Part shown: positions 40,140 to 47,907 of the stretch, piece after piece
Layout of the letters: every line of letters begins with the position of its first letter
How positions within the stretch are numbered: the first letter of the stretch is position 1
Source: Planctomycetota bacterium
GTDB taxonomy: Bacteria > Planctomycetota > Planctomycetia > Pirellulales > Pirellulaceae
Length of the DNA stretch: 64,000 nucleotides
Reading direction: 5' to 3'
Assembly: GCA_039821235.1 (NCBI GenBank)
Contig: JBCBOO010000003.1
Span: 20,169 to 84,168 of the forward strand
Notes under the pieces: model-generated
Databases searched by the model: none
Told to the model about the DNA's origin: nothing
Seen by the model: only the letters and a program-made list of their open reading frames with translations
Made by a program: the position numbers and the translations under genes

Positions 40140-41060
40140 ATGCCCGAGTTTGAACGCGTTTTTGTTCGTTTCCGTGGCCGCACCATCGGCCCCTTCACGC
40201 CCGACAAGATCACGGACATGGTGCGCCGCGGCCAAGTCACGCGGATGCACGAACTGTCCGGCGACGGTCTGAGCTGGATGAAGGCGGATGAATTTGGCAA
40301 CTTCTTTCCCAAGGCGGCTCCGGCGGGAAGTGTCGCCGGTGACATGGCGGCATCAGCCTCCTCCATCCCGCCCGGGGCAGACGGTGGCACCGCTCCGATT
40401 GCCAACGAGAATGCAACGGCGCAGTGGTACGCCCACGTTAACGGTGAGAAGCAGGGGCCCGTTTCGATGGACCAGATGCGACTTTATTGCGAAGCGAACA
40501 TTTTGAAGAAGGATTCGCTGGTTTGGAAAAGTGGCATGGAGGCTTGGAAGCCCGCCGCAGAAACGTTGCCCGAGTTGTTCGGTACGCCGGCCGCCGCACC
40601 GGGAGGAACTGACACTGCGACACCCGCCGCTGCGACCGCCGAGGCCACCACGGGCGGCGAAGCTGCTGGGACGCTAACTGCCGAGATCTCCAAGTACCAC
40701 GCGTTGGTTCTCGCATTCGGAATCGGGTTGCTGGTGCTTTCGGCGATGTTGGTGATTGCACAAATCCTGATCCTGAATCAGGGTGGGCGACAGCTCAAGT
40801 CCACGCCGATGGCCGCCGCCGTCAAAATCTCGCTCGCCGGTGCATTGGCCGTGTCCGGCATTATGGCAGTGCAAGCGGCAAGCAAACTGAAGTCGGCGCT
40901 CGAGTCGGGTTCGGCGATCCAATCGCTGACGGCCGTTCGATCACTGAATCAATTTTGGCTTTACGCTTCTATCTCCCTGCTCGTTTGGATCGCGATTCTC
41001 ATCCTGGTGGGGATCTCCGCTGTCGCGATGAATGTACCGGTTTTGAAGGTCATTACTTAG
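40140..41060 (+). CDS. double GYF_2 (DUF4339)-domain protein with 3-4 C-terminal TM helices (system gene 4)
   Basis: It has two GYF_2-like modules (FVRFRGRTIGPFTPDKITDMVRRGQVTRMHELSGDGLSWMKADEF; WYAHVNGEKQGPVSMDQMRLYCEANILKKDSLVWKSGMEAWKPAAE). TM segments follow (LVLAFGIGLLVLSAMLVIAQILIL etc.). The internal ATG was chosen because the longer ORF overlaps gene 3. Confidence 0.7.
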   Translation: MPEFERVFVRFRGRTIGPFTPDKITDMVRRGQVTRMHELSGDGLSWMKADEFGNFFPKAAPAGSVAGDMAASASSIPPGADGGTAPIANENATAQWYAHVNGEKQGPVSMDQMRLYCEANILKKDSLVWKSGMEAWKPAAETLPELFGTPAAAPGGTDTATPAAATAEATTGGEAAGTLTAEISKYHALVLAFGIGLLVLSAMLVIAQILILNQGGRQLKSTPMAAAVKISLAGALAVSGIMAVQAASKLKSALESGSAIQSLTAVRSLNQFWLYASISLLVWIAILILVGISAVAMNVPVLKVIT

Positions 41061-41380
41061 ACAACGGCACTTGCGTTGGCACAAGTGTCACGGCCGTTGC
41101 AGGCGGACGGATGGACGTCCAGGAATTCAGGAAATGGTGAGGAAGAGAGTGGAGAGAGGCGGGGCTGGGTCGATAGCCGTCTCTACGCAGGAAACGGTTG
41201 TCCAATGGCAACGTTGCCTGCGCAGCTCATTCGGTGAAATGAACGGTCGTGTCGGTGAGTGTTGAAATCAACATCGCGAAATGATCGAGCGAGTGCTCTC
41301 CGGCACAAGTCACCTCCAACGCGGCATCAGCGAATGAGTGCTGGCAACAACCCTTCCAATAAAATCCATGGAGACTCACG

Positions 41381-41977
41381 ATGCGTCGTGTAATCATTCC
41401 AGCCCTGTTGGCCGTCGCAATGGTCGCAGGCACTTCGTCGAACGTTCAAGCGTTCGGCCTCTTCGGCAAATTCTGTAAGAGCAGCTGCGACACCGGTTGT
41501 GCTGTCGAGCCTGCTTGCGGCTGCGAAGTCGCAATGGAACCTGCTTGTGGCTGCGAAGTCGCAATGGCTCCCGCTTGCGGATGCGAAATGGCTCCCGCAC
41601 CTTGCTGCGACAGCGGCTGTGGAGCTCCTCGTGGCGGACTGCTCGCCAAGTTGTTCGGCAAGCGTGGCGGCGGCTGCGACAGCGGTTGTGCTGCACCGGC
41701 TTGCGGTTGCGAAATCGTCGAGCCCGCTTGCGGTTGCGAAGTCGCAATGGAGCCTGCTTGTGGCTGCGAAGTTGCAATGGCTCCCGCATGCGGATGCGAA
41801 GTCGCTGCTCCTTGCTGCGACAGCCCTTGCAAGAAAAAGCCATTCGGTCTCCTTCGCAAGCTGTTCAGCTGCAAGAGCTCGTGCGACAGCGGATGCGCTG
41901 TTGAGCCCGCTTGTGGATGCGAAATGGTCGCTCCGTCATGCGGAATGGAAGCTGCACCCGCTTGTGGCTGCCACTGA
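41381..41977 (+). CDS. secreted cysteine-rich PACGCE-repeat protein
   Basis: GGAG lies 8 nt upstream of the ATG. The signal peptide is MRRVIIPALLAVAMVAGTSSNVQA. The mature part has 33 Cys in 198 aa, 8x PACGCE plus a terminal PACGCH, and three modules starting FG(L)L..K(L)F..C.SGC. Confidence 0.7.
   Translation: MRRVIIPALLAVAMVAGTSSNVQAFGLFGKFCKSSCDTGCAVEPACGCEVAMEPACGCEVAMAPACGCEMAPAPCCDSGCGAPRGGLLAKLFGKRGGGCDSGCAAPACGCEIVEPACGCEVAMEPACGCEVAMAPACGCEVAAPCCDSPCKKKPFGLLRKLFSCKSSCDSGCAVEPACGCEMVAPSCGMEAAPACGCH
41507..41800 (+). repeat. intragenic duplication: 81-nt block (41507-41587) repeated at 41720-41800
   Basis: Both blocks encode EPACGCEVAMEPACGCEVAMAPACGCE with only a few synonymous or near-synonymous differences. 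Each block is itself built of ~30-nt subrepeats. Confidence 0.85.
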
Positions 41978-42221
41978 TCTCAGCTCACGCTGAAGGAAGC
42001 TCATCAGAGCTTCACCAAACGGATTATTGCTGTTCGGCGCCGATGGACCGAACGGTAAGCCTGGTCTCGCTCGCAAACACAAGTCGACATTCCTCACGGA
42101 GTTCCCGCCTCGCGGATTCTCAGGAACCGATAGCATGACTTGCCTGTCTCCCTAGCAACTGATGCTCGGCCCACCGCGCCGACTCCGAGTCTTCCTGACT
42201 CGCAAGCGTTTCCAACCACGA

Positions 42222-42255
42222 AGCCCCGATGGTCACTGACCCTCGGGGCTTTTTT
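42222..42255 (+). terminator. rho-independent terminator
   Basis: The 8-bp stem is agccccga (42222-42229) / tcggggct (43-50), with a 13-nt loop, followed by a T-run (tttttt). Confidence 0.65.
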
Positions 42256-42353
42256 CGTTGGAAGGATCCAGGCGTGTCTCACACTGGACGGTTCCGTAGG
42301 ATAGTAGCGATACAGGTCTCGTTTTTCTCTGCACGCAATAGGACATTCACCCG

Positions 42354-42827
42354 ATGGCAGACTGGCTTGAGCCCGGCAGCAAGGCACCCGCATTCACCCT
42401 GAAAGATGATCGGGGAAACTCCGTCAAGTTAAGTGACTTGAAGGGCAATCCCGTTGTGCTTTACTTCTACCCTCGTGACGACACACCGGGTTGCACGAAG
42501 GAAGCGTGTGCGTTTCGAGATCGCTACGACGAAATGACCGAACGCAACGCACAGCTGTTTGGCGTCAGCGCCGATTCCGCGGAAAGCCACGTGAAATTCC
42601 GTGACAAGTACTCGTTGCCGTTTCCCCTGTTGGTCGACGAGAAGCACGCCATGCTCGAAAAGTACGGAGCGTGGAGGGAGAAGAACATGTATGGGAAGAA
42701 GTCGATGGGGATCCAACGCAGTACTTACCTGATTGACGCCGAAGGAAAGGTCGCCAAGGTATGGAAACGCGTCAAAGTCGACGGCCACGACCAGCAAGTC
42801 ATCGATGCCCTGGACGACCTCACGTAG
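42354..42827 (+). CDS. bcp: thiol peroxidase / peroxiredoxin Bcp
   Basis: It has [23 protein letters not shown], a length of 157 aa, and the typical Bcp C-terminus. Confidence 0.92.
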   Translation: MADWLEPGSKAPAFTLKDDRGNSVKLSDLKGNPVVLYFYPRDDTPGCTKEACAFRDRYDEMTERNAQLFGVSADSAESHVKFRDKYSLPFPLLVDEKHAMLEKYGAWREKNMYGKKSMGIQRSTYLIDAEGKVAKVWKRVKVDGHDQQVIDALDDLT

Positions 42828-42868
42828 GTCCACCTGTCGCGAAGACATCATGCTCACCCCGCCACCCG

Positions 42869-43055
42869 TCGCCGCCCACTCCGTGGGCGATTTTCTCTTC
42901 CGCCCACGGAGTGTGCGGCAACGGGTGCGAGCCGTGAAGTCATTCCGCCCCACGGAGTGTGCGGCAACGGGTGTGAGCCGTGAAGTCATTCCGCCCCACG
43001 GAGTGTGCGGCAACGGGTGTGAGACGTGAGGTCATTCCGCCCACGGAGTGGGCAG
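42869..43055. repeat. REP-like array (hairpin plus 3.5 tandem 45-46-nt units) on the 3' side of the RAYT gene
   Basis: The hairpin is cgcccac-tcc-gtgggcg (42873-42889). Units ccgcc(c)cacggagtgtgcggcaacgggtg(t/c)gag(c/a)cgtga(a/g)gtcatt lie at 42900-42944, 42945-42990 and 42991-43036. A partial unit follows, ending in the perfect hairpin cgcccac-gga-gtgggc. Confidence 0.85.
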
Positions 43056-43086
43056 CAGTGAAGGATTTCGGTCCACGGGTGCGGCC

Positions 43087-43755
43087 TCAGAACTTTCGTT
43101 CGGATCTTCGGTAAAGGTATTCTCCGGGACGCAACTTTGCCTTAACTGGATTTTCTGCGATGTAGCGGCGCAGGTAGTCAAGTTGCGATTCACTTCGTAC
43201 GAGATGATCGAACGGTTCTTCTTGCCAAAAGTCCCCGCGGCGACCGAGGAGACGATTGATCTTGGTTGCGGTGAACCGTGTCCACGACGTGCATTGTCGT
43301 CGCATCGAAACCGAGTCCGGAAAAACCACCAAGCAGTGAGCATGGTTTGGCATCACGACGTAGTCACCCATCAAGTAGCGGTCGTCATCAAAGAAGCGAA
43401 ACGCGTCCGAGACGATTTGAGCGAGTTCCGGACGCCGCAGCGGACATTCCCCGTGACAACGGTCGAGTTCGATTTCCTTGAGCCGCCGAAATCGGCGATC
43501 AAAGGCGTGCCGCTGCTGTCTTGATAGCTGACGGACTCCGTCCAGCCAATGTTCGCTGTAGAGACCGATGGAGTGGAGGTATGCTAGCCGTTCGCGATCC
43601 CACGCCTCCAGCACGTCCTTCGGGAGCGAATCTGCAAGACGGATTGTCAGGAACACAATCGCTCCGTCTTGCATCCAATGCGGACGCATGCCTTCGGCGA
43701 TGTTGACTTCGGATTGACGATCAAGGAATAGGCCCTGTTCGGCTTCATCCGCCAT
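43087..43755 (-). CDS. REP-associated tyrosine transposase (RAYT; IS200/IS605 Y1 HUH family)
   Basis: The HUH motif is YVVMPNHAHCLVVF. The C-terminal Tyr motif is SQLDYLRRYIAENPVKA. The gene is flanked on both sides by the same REP-like repeats. Internal ATG 43755 was chosen. Confidence 0.85.
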   Translation of the reverse strand: MADEAEQGLFLDRQSEVNIAEGMRPHWMQDGAIVFLTIRLADSLPKDVLEAWDRERLAYLHSIGLYSEHWLDGVRQLSRQQRHAFDRRFRRLKEIELDRCHGECPLRRPELAQIVSDAFRFFDDDRYLMGDYVVMPNHAHCLVVFPDSVSMRRQCTSWTRFTATKINRLLGRRGDFWQEEPFDHLVRSESQLDYLRRYIAENPVKAKLRPGEYLYRRSERKF

Positions 43756-43815
43756 TCCAGTGCTCTTCTCTAAATTCCGTTTCAAGTGTGTGTCGCTGCC
43801 GCGAAGATATCGTAC

Positions 43816-43985
43816 CTGTCGCCGCCCACTCCGTGGGCGATCTGTGATGACCGCCAATTTTCGCCGCTAACTGTCGCCGCCCACTCCGTGTGCGGCAACG
43901 GGTGTGAGACGTGAGGTCATTCCGCCCACGGAGTGTGCGGCGACGGGTGTGAGCCGTGAAGTCATTCCGCCCAGGGAGTGGGCGG
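43816..43985. repeat. REP-like array on the 5' side of the RAYT gene
   Basis: ctgtcgccgcccactccgtgggcga lies at 43816-43840. The second copy runs into a unit at 43871-43921. A further unit lies at 43922-43966, with a terminal hairpin ccgcccagggagtgggcgg at 43967-43985. Orientation matches the 42869-43055 array. Confidence 0.85.
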
Positions 43986-44011
43986 TATCTAGACGGCGTC
44001 ATTGTGGTGAC

Positions 44012-46387
44012 TTAGGTCAGGCGGTTGTTGCCTCCGTTTTCGTCTTGGTGCAACGTGACCGGCCAGGCGGGGAATTCGTTCTCTGGCTTGCCGTCGGTTA
44101 CATCGATCAAGAATCGATACGAATGAATTTCATAGGTCTTTGCTTCCGTGTCAATCAACACAAATCCGAATCCGCTGCCCTTTTGGTGCGCTTTCTCGTA
44201 GCGGTTCTTCTTGGTGCCGACTTCCGGGTTTCCGATCGTGTACACGTAAACCAAATTGCCGAGTCCGTCACGATATTCGCCGGTATGCTCGAGGCCATGT
44301 TCGGGTCGATTGGTATGTTCCATCCCCACTTCATCCGCTCGCCACCAGCGGGGATAGCCCGCCGCGATCGCGGGTGTGCAGAACGACCAGAAACTGTCTC
44401 GCTGTTTTTCCACGCCGTACTGAGCCAGCGACGTGAGATGCTGATCGCCATTGATGTGCAACGGTTTCGCCGCACGAGCAATTTTGATCGCGGTGTTTCG
44501 CTCGGTCTGAGGCCAACCGCCGCAATCGAGGTCCGCGACGAGGTAGCCGTTGTAACCCCCGTGGTGGGTCGCCACCCCGGCGAACACGGTTTGACTGAGC
44601 AGGACTTTCATGGAGTGACCACGCCAATCATCCGCCCATTGCTCCAAGAAAGCCTTTTGACGCTCTCCCAGCAAAACCAAGCCCGGTTGATCCAGCTTTA
44701 GCGGATCGATCTCGGGATCGCGCAAGTGATCGGCGCGACCGGATCCGGTGTCGACTTTGTTGGGGCCGCTCTTCCACTGACGATCCGCGATGATTGCGAA
44801 CCCGACTCCGCCGTAGACCATGTCGCCATAGTACACGCTAATGTCTTGTTTGACGGGTGTTGGGTCTGCAACGTCGGGGTGGTGTGCACAATTGGTTCGG
44901 TGGACCGCATTCACCATCCGTGCCGGTTCGATGTAGCCGCCGTTGGAGGACGCACCGCCCGCATCGATATCCATTGGCGCTCCGGCTTCGCCCCAAATAT
45001 TGCCTTGGAAGACATCATGATCATCCGGAAGGCACAGTGTCGGGCGATCCTTCATGGCGTCGCGAAACGACCAACCGAATTGGTAGTACTTGCGCAGATA
45101 GTTGAGGATGGCGCGGTCGGCCGGTCGCCGAATGATCCCGTACCCGCCGTGGCCTTCATAAATCTGATCCCCGGAGAAATACAGCAAGTCAGGATCCAGC
45201 TTGGCAACATTGGTCGCGACCGGTTCATAGGGAAACCCGTAGTCGTTTTGGCACGTCAACGCGCCGAGACGCAGTGGTCTTCCCTTTGGATCTGCCTTGA
45301 TCGTTCCGCCCCAAGTGGACTCCACCGTTCGACCGCTTGGACGGGTTTCCTGGTAGACGACTTTGTATTCGATGTCTTCGCTGGCATCCCACTTGGCTAT
45401 CCGGAACGTCGCCGTCCATGCATCGGTATCCAGTGTTGCCGTCCCGAGTGATTCCCAAGACTCCCCACGTTTGACTCTCAATTCGACATCATGGTTATCT
45501 TGCGGACCGAGCGGGCCGGTCAGGGCGGACAGTTTCATCACATGCCCTTGGTCCGTTCGCGAATCGCTCAGCGAATACATGGTCCAAAGAATCGGACCAA
45601 AGGTCCGCGACGGATCGACTTGGAATGCGTCGCCGCTGACGTGCCAATCTTGGAATCGAAAGGACGCTCCTTGTCCGCGTTTGACTTTGGGATCGAAGTT
45701 ATTGACGATTGCGATGTTGCCCGTGACGGCTTTGGGAGGCACGGTCACGGATAGTTCGCCGTGCTGCTTTCCCTCCTTGTCCAACGCCGTGAGGGTGAGT
45801 TTGACCTGGCCGTTTTCCGGGGTGCCGGTCAGAATCAACTTGGCTTCGTCAGGCGATCTCAGTTCTGGGACGTCGATTGACTTTCGCTGCAACGACAAGC
45901 GACCATCGATCAAGCCAGCGCGTACACCCGACTTTGCGAAACAGTTGCTGCGGTATTCATTCAACTCGCTCTTGATTCCGATTTTGAAGCCGGCGCCTTC
46001 GTCGGCATTCCCAACCGAGGTCTGCGAGAGCGTCACGGCGGCGCGAAACGTCTTTGACGGATCCGTCAGTTGGTGAGTAATGAGATGCACATTTCGGTCG
46101 CCGCCGGTTGACGTGCACTCGGCGGCACCGTCACGAATCACCCAATCTTCCATCGGGTTGGCCCAGCAATTTCCAGAAAGCCAGACTCGATCATGCGTGT
46201 CCGCCCAGTCAACGACGGACGAATCGTCTTGGGCAGCGGATGACTCATCGGCTGCCGCCGGCGGGGCCTCCGAAGTGGCACCGAGTCCGATGAGGGCGCC
46301 GCCTGCACCGAGCGTCTGAATGGCCTGCCGACGTGGAAGAGATTTCGTTGGGCGATCAGAGTTGGGGCGGGGAAGAGACTTCGACAT
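44012..46387 (-). CDS. Tat-exported PhoD-like metallophosphatase
   Basis: It has a twin-arginine signal (LPRRQAIQTLGAGGALIGLGA). Metallophosphatase motifs are CQNDYGFPY, FSGDQIYE, LPDDHDVFQGNIWGE and INGDQH. Confidence 0.65.
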   Translation of the reverse strand: MSKSLPRPNSDRPTKSLPRRQAIQTLGAGGALIGLGATSEAPPAAADESSAAQDDSSVVDWADTHDRVWLSGNCWANPMEDWVIRDGAAECTSTGGDRNVHLITHQLTDPSKTFRAAVTLSQTSVGNADEGAGFKIGIKSELNEYRSNCFAKSGVRAGLIDGRLSLQRKSIDVPELRSPDEAKLILTGTPENGQVKLTLTALDKEGKQHGELSVTVPPKAVTGNIAIVNNFDPKVKRGQGASFRFQDWHVSGDAFQVDPSRTFGPILWTMYSLSDSRTDQGHVMKLSALTGPLGPQDNHDVELRVKRGESWESLGTATLDTDAWTATFRIAKWDASEDIEYKVVYQETRPSGRTVESTWGGTIKADPKGRPLRLGALTCQNDYGFPYEPVATNVAKLDPDLLYFSGDQIYEGHGGYGIIRRPADRAILNYLRKYYQFGWSFRDAMKDRPTLCLPDDHDVFQGNIWGEAGAPMDIDAGGASSNGGYIEPARMVNAVHRTNCAHHPDVADPTPVKQDISVYYGDMVYGGVGFAIIADRQWKSGPNKVDTGSGRADHLRDPEIDPLKLDQPGLVLLGERQKAFLEQWADDWRGHSMKVLLSQTVFAGVATHHGGYNGYLVADLDCGGWPQTERNTAIKIARAAKPLHINGDQHLTSLAQYGVEKQRDSFWSFCTPAIAAGYPRWWRADEVGMEHTNRPEHGLEHTGEYRDGLGNLVYVYTIGNPEVGTKKNRYEKAHQKGSGFGFVLIDTEAKTYEIHSYRFLIDVTDGKPENEFPAWPVTLHQDENGGNNRLT

Positions 46388-46479
46388 GGTGCGGATCCGG
46401 AGGTGGGAGGATGGGGGAAGAGCAGCCTCCGGATTGTAGCCGACCGATTCGCCTCTTTCAGAAAGCGATCAACGCGTGC

Positions 46480-47118
46480 TTAATTGCCGATTCGCATCCC
46501 CTGAGGACGAACGACTCGGCCGGGTGGGAGTGACTGGGGTGAGGTCGCCCGTCGTCCGGGAGTCAACAGGCTCGGTGGAACAGACCCGCTCGGTGTTGCC
46601 GCGGGTTCGGCAAGCGTCCAACGTTTGCCATTGAGTCCCGTCGATGGTTTCCAGGCCAAATTGGGCACGAACAGAATCGACTGAATGCTTTGGCCGTTGA
46701 TTTGGGCGGTTCCCCATTCCGTCTCCACGGTCAGCACCTTGAGCTCGGTGGCTCCGGTGATCGAGTCACCGTTGAGCATGACCACGGTGGTGGAAGCATC
46801 GTTTTCGGAGGGAAAGCGAAATCCGGCCACTTCCGAAAGCGGAATATCGACCGTTCCAAACGAGGTCTTCATGTCCAGGCTGGTCTGGTTCATCAGCGTC
46901 CCGGTCAGCTTGGTTTTGCCGTCGACCAATTCGACGGTCACGCTGAGCGGGCGGATCGAGACTTCGTTCGCCTTTGCGGCCGGCGGCGAAGCCGGCTTGG
47001 GGGCGTCGGCGACAACGGGACGAGCGGTTGGGATCGCCTCGGGAGGCTGGGCGAGGGCGGGCGCCGCAAAAAGACCAATGAGTGCCAGCAGCACGAGCGT
47101 GGGGAGGGAACGTTTCAT
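46480..47118 (-). CDS. secreted hypothetical protein
   Basis: It has a signal peptide MKRSLPTLVLLALIGLFAAPALAQ, a Pro/Ala linker and a beta-rich domain. No family was recognised. Confidence 0.5.
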   Translation of the reverse strand: MKRSLPTLVLLALIGLFAAPALAQPPEAIPTARPVVADAPKPASPPAAKANEVSIRPLSVTVELVDGKTKLTGTLMNQTSLDMKTSFGTVDIPLSEVAGFRFPSENDASTTVVMLNGDSITGATELKVLTVETEWGTAQINGQSIQSILFVPNLAWKPSTGLNGKRWTLAEPAATPSGSVPPSLLTPGRRATSPQSLPPGRVVRPQGMRIGN

Positions 47119-47192
47119 CGAGATTAACGAGAGGTTCGTGGAAGGAATCCTGAGGCCGAAACCCAGGCTAATTCCTTCCCGACCGCCGAGCA

Positions 47193-47711
47193 CTAAATGT
47201 TCTCGAAATCCTCGAAATCTTCGAGTTCCACGTCATCTTCTTTGTCATCGGTGCCCGTGCTGAGGCCAAATTCGTCGCTGATTTCGTCGTCGATTTCAAT
47301 TTCATAATCGTCGTCGAGCTCCTCCTCGAAGTCATCGTCGAAGTCGTCATCGAAGTCTTCTTCGTCGATGTCATCGAAATCGTCGAGGTCATCGTCGTCA
47401 TCGAGGCCGTCGTTGAATCCGTCGTCGACCTCTTCGGTGCCGCCCTCTTCAAAAAGATCGTCTTCCTCGTCGTCCCCATCATCATCGTCGTCGTCGTCTT
47501 CCTCGTCATCATCCGCGGCGAGGGGTGCCGGGGGCGTTGAATTCGGATTGGGGCGAGAGACTTCCGACTGCGGCGTCACGTCGACACATGGAACGGCGGT
47601 AACCGGCGAGTCGGTGAGAGCGACACTCATACGTAAAACCGAACGGGGAGACAGGGGGAACTGAGGCACGAATGGTGTGGAATTACGCCCGTGACGACTC
47701 ATCTGAGACAA
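47193..47711 (-). CDS. hyper-acidic (Asp/Glu-rich) protein
   Basis: The C-terminal ~105 aa are almost entirely D/E with spaced hydrophobics (DDDEEDDDDDDDGDDEEDDLFEE...DDFDDIDEEDFDDDFDDDFEEELDDDYEIEIDDEI). The start is uncertain (47711 or 47630). Confidence 0.45.
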   Translation of the reverse strand: MSQMSRHGRNSTPFVPQFPLSPRSVLRMSVALTDSPVTAVPCVDVTPQSEVSRPNPNSTPPAPLAADDDEEDDDDDDDGDDEEDDLFEEGGTEEVDDGFNDGLDDDDDLDDFDDIDEEDFDDDFDDDFEEELDDDYEIEIDDEISDEFGLSTGTDDKEDDVELEDFEDFENI

Positions 47712-47907
47712 GCATACGAGCCGATAATCCCACTTAGTCCGCTAAGTGACGTCGGTTCGACCCTTCGGTTTAGGGCGATTCCTCTGGCTCAGCGGATGCA
47801 CATTTTGATACCTCGGCGTGTGTGGGCAAGTGACCCTCGCTGATTTTTCTCGCTCCGGAGCGGTTTTTGGGACACCCGAAGCCCGGCTTTTGTGCGATCA
47901 CCGCGAA

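Noticed and set aside
41394-41993. Five alternative-frame ORFs overlap the Cys-rich repeat gene.
   Set aside because: The repeat structure keeps all frames open. Only the 41381 frame has an upstream GGAG, a signal peptide and coherent repeat logic.
42354-42827. I considered bcp as a tailoring or partner enzyme of the Cys-rich repeat protein.
   Set aside because: A good rho-independent terminator (42222-42255) separates the two genes, and Bcp is a ubiquitous housekeeping peroxiredoxin. The adjacency may be coincidental.
42733-43029. ORFs run through the REP arrays (42733-43029 +, 43904-44701 +, 43745-44002 -), giving repetitive peptides such as ATGVSREVIPP.
   Set aside because: These are translation artefacts of the DNA repeats. 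Their frames are set by the repeat periodicity, and 43904-44701 also runs antisense into the PhoD-like gene.
42900-43055. The tandem 45-46-nt repeats were considered as a possible CRISPR array.
   Set aside because: The units abut directly with no unique spacers. They contain REP-type hairpins, recur on the other side of a HUH transposase gene, and no cas genes are present. They are better explained as REP/BIME-like arrays.
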